Source: an uncultured delta proteobacterium (GTDB taxonomy: Bacteria; Myxococcota_A; Polyangia; Fen-1088). Taken from it: a stretch of DNA of 64,000 nucleotides. The stretch lies in assembly GCA_963767925.1 (NCBI GenBank), contig CAVYGB010000001.1, forward strand, positions 32,001-96,000, written 5' to 3'. Below are positions 1-8,660 of the stretch, piece by piece. The translations under genes were made by a program, and so were the position numbers. Within the stretch, counting starts at the first letter, position 1. Every line of letters begins with the position of its first letter. The notes under the pieces were generated by a model that saw only the letters and a list, made by a program, of their open reading frames with translations, did not search any database and was not told where the DNA came from.

Positions 1-125
1 CCACGACGGCCTGGCGGCGGATCTACGAGGCCAACAAGGACCGGATCAAAGATCCCGACGTGATCCAGCCCGGCTGGAAGCTGTCGATCCCCGAAGACGA
101 CGCCGGCAAGGGAGGTGTCTCGTGA
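1..125 (+). CDS. LysM domain protein, C-terminal part (5' partial)
   Basis: Frame 3 reads TTAWRRIYEANKDRIKDPDVIQPGWKLSIP, a typical LysM C-terminus. Its TGA overlaps the GTG of the next gene (GTGA). Not in the ORF track. Confidence 0.8.
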   Translation, partial: TTAWRRIYEANKDRIKDPDVIQPGWKLSIPEDDAGKGGVS

Positions 126-589
126 GGCTGGCCCAGGTGCGGGGCGCGATCTGGCTGGCGGCGCTCGGCGCGCTGACCGGCCTGGCGGCGTGCAAGAAGG
201 AGCAGCCGACAACCACGCAGCCACCGATCCAGGCGCCGCCGGCACCCGGCGTGCCGGGGGCGGCGGTGCGGGTGACGGAGGTGCAGGTGGGCCGGGCCCT
301 CGGCCCCGACAAGCGGGTCGAGACGCCGGTCGAGTCGTTCTCCGCCAAGGACGTCATCTTCGCCTCGGTCGTCACCGAGGGAACGGCCCCGGCCGCCGAG
401 CTGACCGCCCGCTGGACCTTCCAGGACGGCCAGGTGGTCAACGAGACCAAGCGCGCGATCGCCCCCGCCGCCAAGGAGATCACCGAGTTCAGCATCCAGA
501 AAGCCGACGGCTGGCCCGCCGGCCAGTACACCGTCGCCATCTCCCTCGACGGCAAGCCCGTCGAAAGCAAGAGCTTCCGCGTCCAGTAG
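122..589 (+). CDS. Putative lipoprotein with beta-sandwich-like domain
   Basis: GGAGG RBS, signal peptide with lipobox LAAC, Pro-rich linker, strong GC3 codon bias. Confidence 0.8.
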   Translation: MRLAQVRGAIWLAALGALTGLAACKKEQPTTTQPPIQAPPAPGVPGAAVRVTEVQVGRALGPDKRVETPVESFSAKDVIFASVVTEGTAPAAELTARWTFQDGQVVNETKRAIAPAAKEITEFSIQKADGWPAGQYTVAISLDGKPVESKSFRVQ

Positions 590-594
590 CCGCG

Positions 595-671
595 CCCCGC
601 GCTCGAGCAGGGCCGGGGAACCCGCAGCCAATTTACCCGTCCCCGCGCTCGAGCAGGGCCGGGGAACCCGC
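595..671. repeat. 31-bp direct repeat, two copies
   Basis: CCCCGCGCTCGAGCAGGGCCGGGGAACCCGC at 595-625 and 641-671. Confidence 0.9.
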
Positions 672-676
672 TACCT

Positions 677-760
677 GTTTGCCCTCTCCCCGCGGCCGTC
701 TGCGGCCGTGGGGAGAGGGAAGGGTGAGGGGAGGTTGCCCCGCCGGAGGCCCCTCACCCG
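677..760. repeat. REP-like palindromic element, family A (CCCTCTCCC...GGGAGAGGG / GGGTGAGGGG)
   Basis: Two hairpins. Near-identical copy at 18665-18748 and related copies at 3688-3748 and 58056-58220. Confidence 0.85.
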
Positions 761-774
761 GCGTGAAGACACAG

Positions 775-907
775 TTGGTCACGAGGGCTTCGCAGCACTC
801 TGCCTGCTCGCCCTGGGCTGTCGCGCCTCGCATCCGATTCCTGTTCGTCGACTCGCGGTTTCGCCAGCCGTGTTCCAGAGGACTTTCACCTCCTAGTCAC
901 GACCCAC
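775..907 (-). mobile_element. Group II intron (class C/IIC-like) 5' domain I remnant, no RT ORF
   Basis: Minus strand reads GTGGGTCGTGACTAGGAGGTGAAAGTCCTCTG...GACGAACAGGAATCGGATGCGAGGC...CAGGGCGAGCAGGCA...CTGCGAAGCCCTCGTGACCAA, matching recalled IIC intron 5' motifs. Confidence 0.65.
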
Positions 908-1010
908 GGCCGCCGCCTCACCGGCGATCGCCTGCAGATCCACGTCGACGATCCCGGCGCGCTGCTGGCGAACCTGCGCCGGCGGCTGGGGCGGCGCTGA
1001 ATCCGGGCGG

Positions 1011-2084
1011 TCAGGGCTTGGCGGCGAGGGAGAGGGGGATTTCCTTCTTTGGCTCGAGGGGGTCGTTGCTCTCGAGGACCAGCTTGCCGGTGGTGAGGGC
1101 GGCGGGGGGGCTGGTCAGCTTGCTGGTGAGCTTGATGGAGCGGGCGGGCCCCTTCGACTCGATCACGGTGGCCACGAAGGGGCCGTCGAGGACGCGGGCG
1201 GCGGTGAGGCGGAAGTCGGGGCGGCGGCTGGTGACCTGGATGACCTTCTCCCGGCTGGCTGGCTGGGTCAGGTCGAGGTGGACCTGCCGGGGGACCTCGA
1301 GGTTGCCCCGCAGCGACCAGAGGACGACGTGCTCGACCTCGGGGAGCTGGGGCACGCCGGTCGCCACGTAGATCTTGGTGCCGCCCTGGCCGATGCTGCC
1401 GCCGGCGACCGAGACGCGCAGGCCCTTTTGCTTGCCGGCGTCGGTGGTCCGCTCGATCACCTCCACCCGGGTGGGGCTGTCCTTGGGGTCCATGCGGGCG
1501 ACGCGCAGGCGGGCCCTGGGGGCGAGCTTGCCGGACAGCCAGATCTCGGCGGTGGCGGGCTCGGGGCCGCCGGTGCCGACCTGGCTGTAGGCCGGCTGCA
1601 GGCCCAGCATCTGCTCCACCTCGGCCCGGATCAGCAGGCTCAAGGTGGGGGTCTTCGGGTCGTTGGAGACGACGGTGACGGTCTTGTCGTTTTTCCCCGG
1701 GCGGTTGCGAGTGTCGAACTTGACCTCGATCTCGCCGGTGCGGCCGGGGGCGATCACCTTCTCCTTGAGGGCGGCGGCCGTGCAGCCGCAGGCGGCCGAG
1801 ACGCTCTTGATCTCGAGGGGGGAGCCGCCGCTGTTCTTCACCTTGAAGACGTGGCGGATGACGCCCCCCTCGGGCACCTTGCCGAAGTCGAAGGTCGGTT
1901 CGGCCACCGTGATGGCGGGAGGCGCGTCGGCGGCTTGCGCCCCCGGCAGGCCGACGCCGTCGCGGCCGGGAAAGCCCGGGGCCACCGCGACGAGCGGGAC
2001 GAGGGCAACGAGCGCAAGAGCGACGGGCAGGACGCGCGGACCGGCGACAGGGCGCGCAGAGCGGGAGCGAGGCGGCAGGCGCAT
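1011..2084 (-). CDS. DUF1573-like (Ig-fold) exported protein
   Basis: FDFGKV...HVFKVKNSG..PLEIKSVSAACGCT...IAPG motif, hydrophobic N-terminus, GGAG upstream of the ATG at 2084. Confidence 0.8.
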   Translation of the reverse strand: MRLPPRSRSARPVAGPRVLPVALALVALVPLVAVAPGFPGRDGVGLPGAQAADAPPAITVAEPTFDFGKVPEGGVIRHVFKVKNSGGSPLEIKSVSAACGCTAAALKEKVIAPGRTGEIEVKFDTRNRPGKNDKTVTVVSNDPKTPTLSLLIRAEVEQMLGLQPAYSQVGTGGPEPATAEIWLSGKLAPRARLRVARMDPKDSPTRVEVIERTTDAGKQKGLRVSVAGGSIGQGGTKIYVATGVPQLPEVEHVVLWSLRGNLEVPRQVHLDLTQPASREKVIQVTSRRPDFRLTAARVLDGPFVATVIESKGPARSIKLTSKLTSPPAALTTGKLVLESNDPLEPKKEIPLSLAAKP

Positions 2085-2160
2085 GGGCGAAGTCTCCTCC
2101 AAGGCCCCGTCCGGGGCAACGGTGGCCCGGCCCGGCCGGCGCCACCGCGGCGCCAGGAGC

Positions 2161-2364
2161 AGCCGGGTTCCGTCGCTTCGCTCGGGCCCGGCTGGTCCAG
2201 GAGACTGACGCAGAGATAGCCGGGTTCCCTCGCTTCGCTCGGGCCCGGCTGGTCCAGGAGACTGATGCAGAGATAGCCGGGTTCCGTCGCTTCGCTCGGG
2301 CCCGGCTGGTCCAGGAGACTGACGCAGAGATAGCCGGGTTCCCTCGCTTCGCTCGGGCCCGGCT
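2161..2364. repeat. Tandem array of 57-bp units (about 3.6 copies) carrying REP-like family B palindrome
   Basis: Units start at 2161, 2218, 2275 and 2332: AGCCGGGTTCC(G/C)TCGCTTCGCTCGGGCCCGGCT plus a near-identical 24-nt linker. Confidence 0.95.
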
Positions 2365-2968
2365 AACGGCGGGTGGGCTTGAAGAAGTGGTGGTAGTCCT
2401 TCATGTGGGGCCAGTCGCCGCCCCAGTCCCAGCCCCGGGCCTGGAACAGGTCGACCACCGGGCCCGGGCGCACGATCATGCCGGGGCGGGCCTGGCTCCG
2501 GTCGGCGTAGGCCGCCCCGCCGGGGGGGAACACGCCGCCGCCGACGATCATCGGGTTGAGCAGCGGGTTGATGTCGATCGCCACCCCGAACGCGTGGTGC
2601 GACAGCACGTCGGTGCCGGCCACGTTGCGGAAGTTGAAGGAGGAGGTGTTGTTGGCCGCCATCGATGCGTTGTCGTCGCCGCCGAAGGCCTCGATCGGCT
2701 CCATGCGGGCGATGGGGAAGCCGGCGTCGAACAGCCCCTGGAACAGTGTCAGGATCTCGTCGGCCAGCTCGGCCGCCACCACCATCTGCCCGGTGCGAGG
2801 CGTCCCCGCGAAGTCCCAGTGGCTCAGGGTGAGCAGGCCCAGCGCCTCGAAGGGCGGGCAGCGGGGGTCGTCCTGCCAGGAGACCCCCTCCATCCGCTCC
2901 CGCAGCTCGGCCGGGATCTCGTCGGCCGTCCCGGTGAACGTCACGGCGTTCGCGCTGGCAGTGGCCAT
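2363..2968 (-). CDS. M15 family metallopeptidase (D-Ala-D-Ala carboxypeptidase-like)
   Basis: NTSSFNFR, SHHAFGVAIDINP (SxHxxGxAxD), WGGDW, DYHHF. Confidence 0.88.
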   Translation of the reverse strand: MATASANAVTFTGTADEIPAELRERMEGVSWQDDPRCPPFEALGLLTLSHWDFAGTPRTGQMVVAAELADEILTLFQGLFDAGFPIARMEPIEAFGGDDNASMAANNTSSFNFRNVAGTDVLSHHAFGVAIDINPLLNPMIVGGGVFPPGGAAYADRSQARPGMIVRPGPVVDLFQARGWDWGGDWPHMKDYHHFFKPTRR

Positions 2969-3234
2969 CGTCTCATCTTACCGGACGCCGGCGTCCCGGC
3001 GGGTGTCGGTGATCCGGCACCATCGTGACACGGCGGTCGCGGGTCGGGCCCCCTGCGCCGGACCGTCCGGGGGCCCGAACGACCGTCCGGTCACGTAACC
3101 GGACAGCGAGTCCCGGGCTCGCCGGGACAGATCGTTACCCCGAGGTGACGTTTCCTCAGGGTCACGTCACCTCCGTGCACACCACGCCTGAGGCACGGCC
3201 CCGCTACGCTCGAAAATTCGGTCTTCAAACTGGC

Positions 3235-3250
3235 TGGCGCGGGGTTTGCT
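3235..3250 (+). promoter_or_regulatory. Sigma54 (-24/-12) promoter
   Basis: TGGCGC-GGGGT-TTGCT matches TGGCAC-N5-TTGC and lies just upstream of the CBS gene. Confidence 0.6.
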
Positions 3251-3262
3251 TGACGCAAGGGT

Positions 3263-3640
3263 ATGAGCCACGAGCCAACCATCTCGACCCTGGTCTCGAC
3301 CAAGGTGGTGAAGCTTCCTTCCTGGTTCACCGCCGGGGCCGCCCTCCGGGTCGCCAAGCTAAAAGGTGTATCCAATTTGCTGGTGGAAGATCGCCGGCAG
3401 ATCGTCGGCTCGGTCTCCCGCCGCGCCCTCGAGGAGGCCAGCTCCGATGCGCCGCTGGGGGCGTGCATGGACGCGACGAACGCGTCCATCTCGCTGGGCG
3501 CGCCGGTGCACGAGGCCTGGGCGCGCATGCTGGTCCAGGGCGTCGAGTGCTTGCCGGTCCTGCAGGGCGCGCTGCTGGTCGGCGTCGTCACCATGGACGC
3601 GGTCCGCGAAGCGAACCTCGGCCTGCAAGACGTAGCCTAG
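3263..3640 (+). CDS. CBS domain-containing protein
   Basis: Tandem CBS pattern: LLVEDRRQIVGSVS and CLPVLQGALLVGVVTMD. Confidence 0.8.
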   Translation: MSHEPTISTLVSTKVVKLPSWFTAGAALRVAKLKGVSNLLVEDRRQIVGSVSRRALEEASSDAPLGACMDATNASISLGAPVHEAWARMLVQGVECLPVLQGALLVGVVTMDAVREANLGLQDVA

Positions 3641-3687
3641 CCAAGCTAGTCTAGACTGCTCTCCCAGGGGCTGTTCAGTCAGGCAGA

Positions 3688-3748
3688 CCCGCTGCCTGTT
3701 TGCCCTCGCCCCGCGGTCTGCCGCGGGGAGAGGGAAAGGGTGAGGGGC
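3688..3748. repeat. REP-like palindromic element, family A
   Basis: CCCGCTGCCTGTTTGCCCTCGCCCCGCGG...CCGCGGGGAGAGGGAAAGGGTGAGGGG. Confidence 0.8.
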
Positions 3749-3802
3749 GGGCGTTTCGCCCGCGCCGGATCGCATCTCGCGGTCTTCCGCTATTGTCGGC
3801 GG

Positions 3803-4717
3803 ATGGCGCGCTTCCCGGTGATCGGCGGCGCTGACCGGCGCCCCGCGGTCGAATACGTCGAGGGGGCGGTGTTCCGGGGCTACCGGCCGGTGGCGGCGCT
3901 GGGCGAGTCGGTCGAGCTGATCTGGACGGTGGCGGGGTTGCCGGCGGTGCCGGCCGACCGGGTGCTGCCCAACGGGGTCGTCGAGATCATCTTCAACCTC
4001 GGCGAGCCGCAGCGGGTGATCCACGGGCCCGGCCGCTACACCCGCTTCCGGGGGGCGTTCGTCGCGGGCCTGCAGCGCGGCCCGCTCGACATCGCCACCG
4101 AACATGGCAGCTACCTGGTGGGGATCCGCTTCCGCCCGGGCGGCGCCGCGGCCGTGCTGGGGCTGCCGCTGTCGGAGCTGACCGATCAGGTGGTCGAGCT
4201 TTCGGGGGGCCTCGCGCCCGGGCTGAGCGAGCTGCGCGAGCAGCTCGGCCTGGCCGGCGGTGACGGGGAGCGGGTGGCGCTGGTGGAGGCTGCCCTGGCC
4301 GCCCGGCTGGCCCGGGGCCCCGGCGGGCTCGGGCGGGCGGCCGCGGTCAACCGCTGGGTTGCGCGGGCGACCCGGCGCCTGGCGGGCGGGGCGCTCTCGG
4401 TGCGCGAGCTGGCCGCCGACCTGGGCGTCTCGCACAAGCACCTGATCGATCTCTTTCAGCGCGAGGTGGGGGTGGGGCCCAAGATGCTCGGCCGCATCTT
4501 TCGCCTGCAGCGGGTGCTGGCGGCGCTGGAGCGGGGGCGGGGCGATCGCCTCACCGACCTGGCCTACCGCTGCGGGTACGCCGACCAGGCCCACCTGTCG
4601 AGCGAGTTCCGGGCGCTGACCGGCATCGCCCCCAGCGCCTACGGCCGCGCGCGCACGGTGGATCCCAACCACCTGGCCTCGGATGCGGTGCGCGCCAGCG
4701 CCAGCGCCGCCGGTTAA
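3803..4717 (+). CDS. AraC family transcriptional regulator
   Basis: N-terminal DRVLPNG...GIRFRPGG; C-terminal double HTH ending LAYRCGYADQAHLSSEFRALTGIAP. Confidence 0.9.
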   Translation: MARFPVIGGADRRPAVEYVEGAVFRGYRPVAALGESVELIWTVAGLPAVPADRVLPNGVVEIIFNLGEPQRVIHGPGRYTRFRGAFVAGLQRGPLDIATEHGSYLVGIRFRPGGAAAVLGLPLSELTDQVVELSGGLAPGLSELREQLGLAGGDGERVALVEAALAARLARGPGGLGRAAAVNRWVARATRRLAGGALSVRELAADLGVSHKHLIDLFQREVGVGPKMLGRIFRLQRVLAALERGRGDRLTDLAYRCGYADQAHLSSEFRALTGIAPSAYGRARTVDPNHLASDAVRASASAAG

Positions 4718-4818
4718 TTTTCTGCAAGCGGCGGCGGCCGCCCCGGATGCGGTGCGCGCCAGCGCCAGCCAGCGCCCGCGCCGCCGGTTAATTTTCTGCA
4801 AGCGGCGGCGGCCGCCCC
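4681..4818. repeat. About 64-bp tandem duplication spanning the AraC stop codon and the GGTTAATTTTCTGCAAG motif
   Basis: Copy 1 at 4681-4744; copy 2 at about 4745-4818 with a short insertion. Confidence 0.9.
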
Positions 4819-4853
4819 CCGGCTACAGGTCAGTCCAGGGAGGCACGTACCCG

Positions 4854-5255
4854 ATGGACCCATCGCAGATCAACTGGCTGGCCGTGCTGGCCGCCGCGCT
4901 GTCGTCGTTCCTGCTCGGCGGCCTGTGGTATTCGCCGCTGCTGTTTCACCGGCCCTGGCTGGCGGCGAGCGGCCTGGACGAGGCGCAGCTCCGCCGCGGC
5001 ACCGGCCGCGTCTTCGCAGGCGCCTTCGTCTGCTCGCTCATCGCCGCGGTCAACCTGGCCTTCTTCCTGGGTGCGAAGGCCACCGCCGGGTTCGGCACCT
5101 TCGCCGGCTTCGCCGCCGGCCTGGGCTGGGTGGCCACCGGCCTGACCACCACCTACCTGTTCGAGCGCCGCCCCGCCAAGCTGACCGTGATCGACGCCGG
5201 CTACCACGTCGTCAGCCTCACCATCATGGGCGCCATCCTCGGCGCCTGGCATTAG
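4854..5255 (+). CDS. DUF1761 family membrane protein
   Basis: INWLAVLAAALSSFLLGGLWYSP...LFERR...IDAGYHVV; GGGAGG RBS. Confidence 0.85.
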   Translation: MDPSQINWLAVLAAALSSFLLGGLWYSPLLFHRPWLAASGLDEAQLRRGTGRVFAGAFVCSLIAAVNLAFFLGAKATAGFGTFAGFAAGLGWVATGLTTTYLFERRPAKLTVIDAGYHVVSLTIMGAILGAWH

Positions 5256-5287
5256 CCGGGCCCGAGCGCAGGAGGGAACCCCGGCTA
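5253..5287. repeat. REP-like family B hairpin between convergent genes (possible terminator)
   Basis: TAGCCGGG...CCCGGCTA stem followed by TTTT. Confidence 0.65.
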
Positions 5288-5308
5288 TTTTCCTGGGGCC
5301 GGCTCCGG

Positions 5309-7121
5309 CTAGAGGATGTCGAACGAGCCGAGGCCCATGTAGCGGGTGTCGTCCTTCCAGAGCTCGTCGAAGGCGAGCTGCCAGTTGTCGGCGTTCTTGC
5401 TGTCGCGGGCGATGACCCGCCAGTAGTAGGTCCCGGTGCCGGCGTTGGTGATGGCGTCGAAGCGCACGGTCATGAGGTTGTCGGCGTAGTCCCGGCGCTG
5501 GTAGACCAGGCTGGTGAAGGCGGGGGTCTCGGAGATCTCCAGATCGTACTTGATCGTGTCGCCCTGCAGGTCCTCCGACAGATCCCAGTTGAACATCACC
5601 GAGGAGCTCCCGACCAGGGGCGTTCCCAGGAAGAACGGCATCGGCCGCTCCATCCGCTCGTAAAGGTTGGTGAGCCGGCCGGGGGCGATGGTCAGCAGGC
5701 GATCCACCTCGGTCTCCCAGGCGATCTCCTTGGCGGTCGAGCCGCTGGCCGAGGTGGGCAGGCGCGACAGGTCCGGCTCCTTGTCGAGCGCCGGCCAGAC
5801 CACCGGCTTGTAGCTCTCGAGCAGGGCGCCGAGCCGCTGCGGGGTGAAGAAATCGTTGGCGAGGTGCTCGACGCGGGTCTTGAACTGCTCGAGGTTGGCC
5901 GGCTCGGCCAGGAAGCGCCGGTGCAAGGTGGCGGCCCACCAGTTGGCCAGGCCGTCGCGCCAGCGGGGCAAGATGCGCCCGGCCTCGTTGGGCTGCTGGT
6001 AAAAGCCCCAGCCGCCGTCGTAGTCCCAGGGGATGAAGGTCCAGGCGATCGGAGCTGGGGCTGGCCGCGAGGTAGAAGTTCTGGCTGGTGGTGTCGAGGT
6101 TGTTGGTGAGCAGGTTGATCGCCAGCCAGGTGATGTAGTTCTTGCGGTCGAAGTAGCGGTCGATGATCGTGTCGATGGGCGTGTCCCAGTCGTTGACCGC
6201 GTCGATCATGGCGAGCAGGCGGGTGTGGTCGTTGCCGCCCTTGACCTCGAGGTGGGTCTCGAAGGCGTCCTTGTCGTACTCCGGGTCGGTGACCAGCTTG
6301 AGGGCGGGCAGGGGCACGAACTCGAACAGCTTGGCCTTGTACAGCAGGCCGTCGCCGAAGCCCTGCTCGCGCAGGTAGCGGGGGCCGGCGTGCTCGACCT
6401 GGGTGAAGAGGCCGTAGTCGACGCCGTCGATGGTCAGGTGCACGAAGGACGTCTTGAGGGTCTTGATCTCGGGGATGGCGGCGAACAGGTCGAAGCTCAG
6501 CTTGTTGCGCACGCGGGTCAGGTCGTAGGGGTGCTTGTTGAGGAAGATGGTGCGGGTCCCCGACCAGGAGGGGGCGTCCCCGGAGATCTCGATCGTGTAG
6601 GACTTCTGCTCGGCCAGGCGGGTGGAGGCGCCGCGCAGCTTGAGCTCGCCGTTGGGCATGGTGACGCCGGCGCCGTAGTCCCCCGAGCGGAAGATCACCG
6701 GCACCCGGGGCGTCGGCTTGCGGTAGGGGTCGAGGTTGTCGTCGTTCAGATCGGCGACGGTGGTGCCACCGGTCAGCGGCATCGAGGTCAGGTTCATCTC
6801 GATCAGCGTCTGGGTCGGGGCCGAGATCGGGGCGAAGGCTCCCCACACCAGCGGACCGGTGTCGGGCGGCGCGGTGTCGGGGTTGCCGGAGGTGTCGGGG
6901 CTGCCGGGGGCGTCGCTCGGCGTTCCGTCGGTGCCGCTGTTCGTATCGCGCTTGGTGTCGGGGCTGAGGGCCCGGTCGACCGACGTGTCCACGCCGCCGG
7001 CCCCATCGCCGGTCGCGGCGTCACCGGCCGCCCCATCGGCCGTCACCATCTCGCCCGAGCCGCCGCAGGCCGCCAGCGAGAGCGCCGACAGCAGGGCAAT
7101 CTTCCTTACGAACCGTCGCAT
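5309..7121 (-). CDS. CotH kinase family lipoprotein, one frameshift near 6045
   Basis: Lipobox LAAC, LRGASTR..QKSY, RNKLSF, DYGLF..VE, DT..QNFYL. Continues after removing one base as WTFIPWDYDG. Confidence 0.85.
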
Positions 7122-7250
7122 GAAATCTGTCATCGACCGGCCCGGCCCGCGTCGTGAGCCCAGGTGGGGCCAGAGATCGCGGATCTACGAATCGTCGACG
7201 GCGGCGGATGGGGCGGGCGCCAGTTCCACGCCGGGCGCGGGGCGCCCGCC

Positions 7251-7266
7251 TGGCACGACCGATGCT
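7251..7266 (+). promoter_or_regulatory. Sigma54-like promoter
   Basis: TGGCAC-GACCG-ATGCT upstream of the ATG at 7292. Confidence 0.55.
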
Positions 7267-7291
7267 GTTATGGTACGTGAGGCGCGTCAGC

Positions 7292-7615
7292 ATGCTCACG
7301 GTATCCGCAGCGGTCGAAGCGAGGGTTGGCGAGGCCCCCGCCGTCGCGGCGGCGCCCCTGGAGGTGGTCGTCTACCGGCCAGGCGCCCGGGACTGCACGG
7401 CTTTCGAGGCGCGCCTGCGCCGGGCGCTCGCCGAGGTCGGTCGGGCGACCCGCCTGGTCCTCGCGGCGGACCCCCTGCGCGCGCCCCTGCCACCCGGCGT
7501 CTACCTCAGCCCCACCTTCCCGACGGTGGTCCTGGTACACCACGGTCGGGTGGTAGCCCAGGCAGTGGGAGACCTCCCCCTGTGGGAGCTACGCACCCTG
7601 CTGAGGTGCGGGTAA
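7292..7615 (+). CDS. Small hypothetical protein, possible degenerate thioredoxin-like fold
   Basis: FPTVVLVHHGRVVAQAVG...ELRTLL resembles a thioredoxin C-terminus; no CxxC. Confidence 0.55.
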   Translation: MLTVSAAVEARVGEAPAVAAAPLEVVVYRPGARDCTAFEARLRRALAEVGRATRLVLAADPLRAPLPPGVYLSPTFPTVVLVHHGRVVAQAVGDLPLWELRTLLRCG

Positions 7616-7707
7616 CTCGAACGCTCGAGAAGGCGGCCAGGCCGGTTCGGCCCGCCCCCCCGCTGCCGGAAGGGTGAGGGGCGGTCGCCGCCCTTCACGG
7701 CCGGCGG

Positions 7708-8577
7708 TCAGTTCCCCGCGCCGGCGTCGCCGCTGTCGGGGCCGGGCAGGCCGGCCGGCAGCTTGGCCCGCATCTGCTGGAACTGGGCGCGGTTGGTAGC
7801 CCCGACGGCGAGCATCTCCTTGCTGATGAGCTCGCGCACGTGCTCCTCGCGGTCGCCGGGCAGCGGGTGGCCCATCACGTACTTCAAGATGGCGGGCGTC
7901 CCCCCCTGCAACATGTCCAGCTTCTGGAAGAAGGTCACCAGGCCGTTGGGGTCGAACCCCGCCTCGCTGGTCAGCCGGGCGCCGTAGTCGTCGGCCTCGG
8001 TCTCGGCGTCGCGCGAGTGCGACAGCAGATACCCCTGGGCCGCCAGCCCCGCCGCCAGCTCGGCCAGCTTGTTGGCGTCCTGACCGAGGGCGATGGCGAT
8101 GAGCCCCTGCAGGGTGTAGGTCTGCACCAGCCGGCGGGCGAAGTGCCGGGCCAGCACGTGCCCCACCTCGTGCCCCATGACCCCGATGACCTCCGCCTCG
8201 TTGTCCGCCGCGCGCAGCAGGCCGGTGAACACGTAGAGGTAGCCGCCGGGGGTGGCGAAGGCGTTGACCTGGGTGGGGTCGTCGATGACCTCGACCTTCC
8301 AGTCGAACTCGGGCCGCTTGGCCTTGCCCAGGCTGACGACCTCGTCGGCGAGGCCCAGGATGTAGCTGCGGAGCTGGGCGTCCTGCAGGTAGCGGATGGG
8401 GGGCATCTCGGCGCTCCCCTTCTCCAGCTCGAGCTTGAGCTGGGCCCCGAGCATGTTCTCCTGCTCGGGCGAGATCAGCAGCTCGGCCGCGGCCTGCGAC
8501 GAGCAGCCGGCGGAGGCGCCTGCGGCAAGCACCACCAGGGTCGACAGGCACAGGAGGGGCGAGGTCGGCGTTCGCAT
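7708..8577 (-). CDS. M48 family metallopeptidase (lipoprotein)
   Basis: VNAFATPGG, HEVGH, ETEAD, HP motifs; lipobox SAGC. Confidence 0.92.
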   Translation of the reverse strand: MRTPTSPLLCLSTLVVLAAGASAGCSSQAAAELLISPEQENMLGAQLKLELEKGSAEMPPIRYLQDAQLRSYILGLADEVVSLGKAKRPEFDWKVEVIDDPTQVNAFATPGGYLYVFTGLLRAADNEAEVIGVMGHEVGHVLARHFARRLVQTYTLQGLIAIALGQDANKLAELAAGLAAQGYLLSHSRDAETEADDYGARLTSEAGFDPNGLVTFFQKLDMLQGGTPAILKYVMGHPLPGDREEHVRELISKEMLAVGATNRAQFQQMRAKLPAGLPGPDSGDAGAGN

Positions 8578-8660
8578 GGTGGCTCCATCATAGGGGGATC
8601 GCCCGCCGCGGGTCACGCGCGCGGCGGGCGGAGTGGGAGCGGCGGGCCCCCGCCATCAGG

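Noticed and set aside
595..671. Mini-CRISPR
   Set aside because: Only two repeats with a 15-nt spacer
2161..2364. CRISPR array
   Set aside because: Spacers are essentially identical and only 24 nt, and there are no cas genes; it is a tandem REP array
2363..2968. Vancomycin resistance gene (vanY/vanX)
   Set aside because: Generic M15 peptidase with no van cluster
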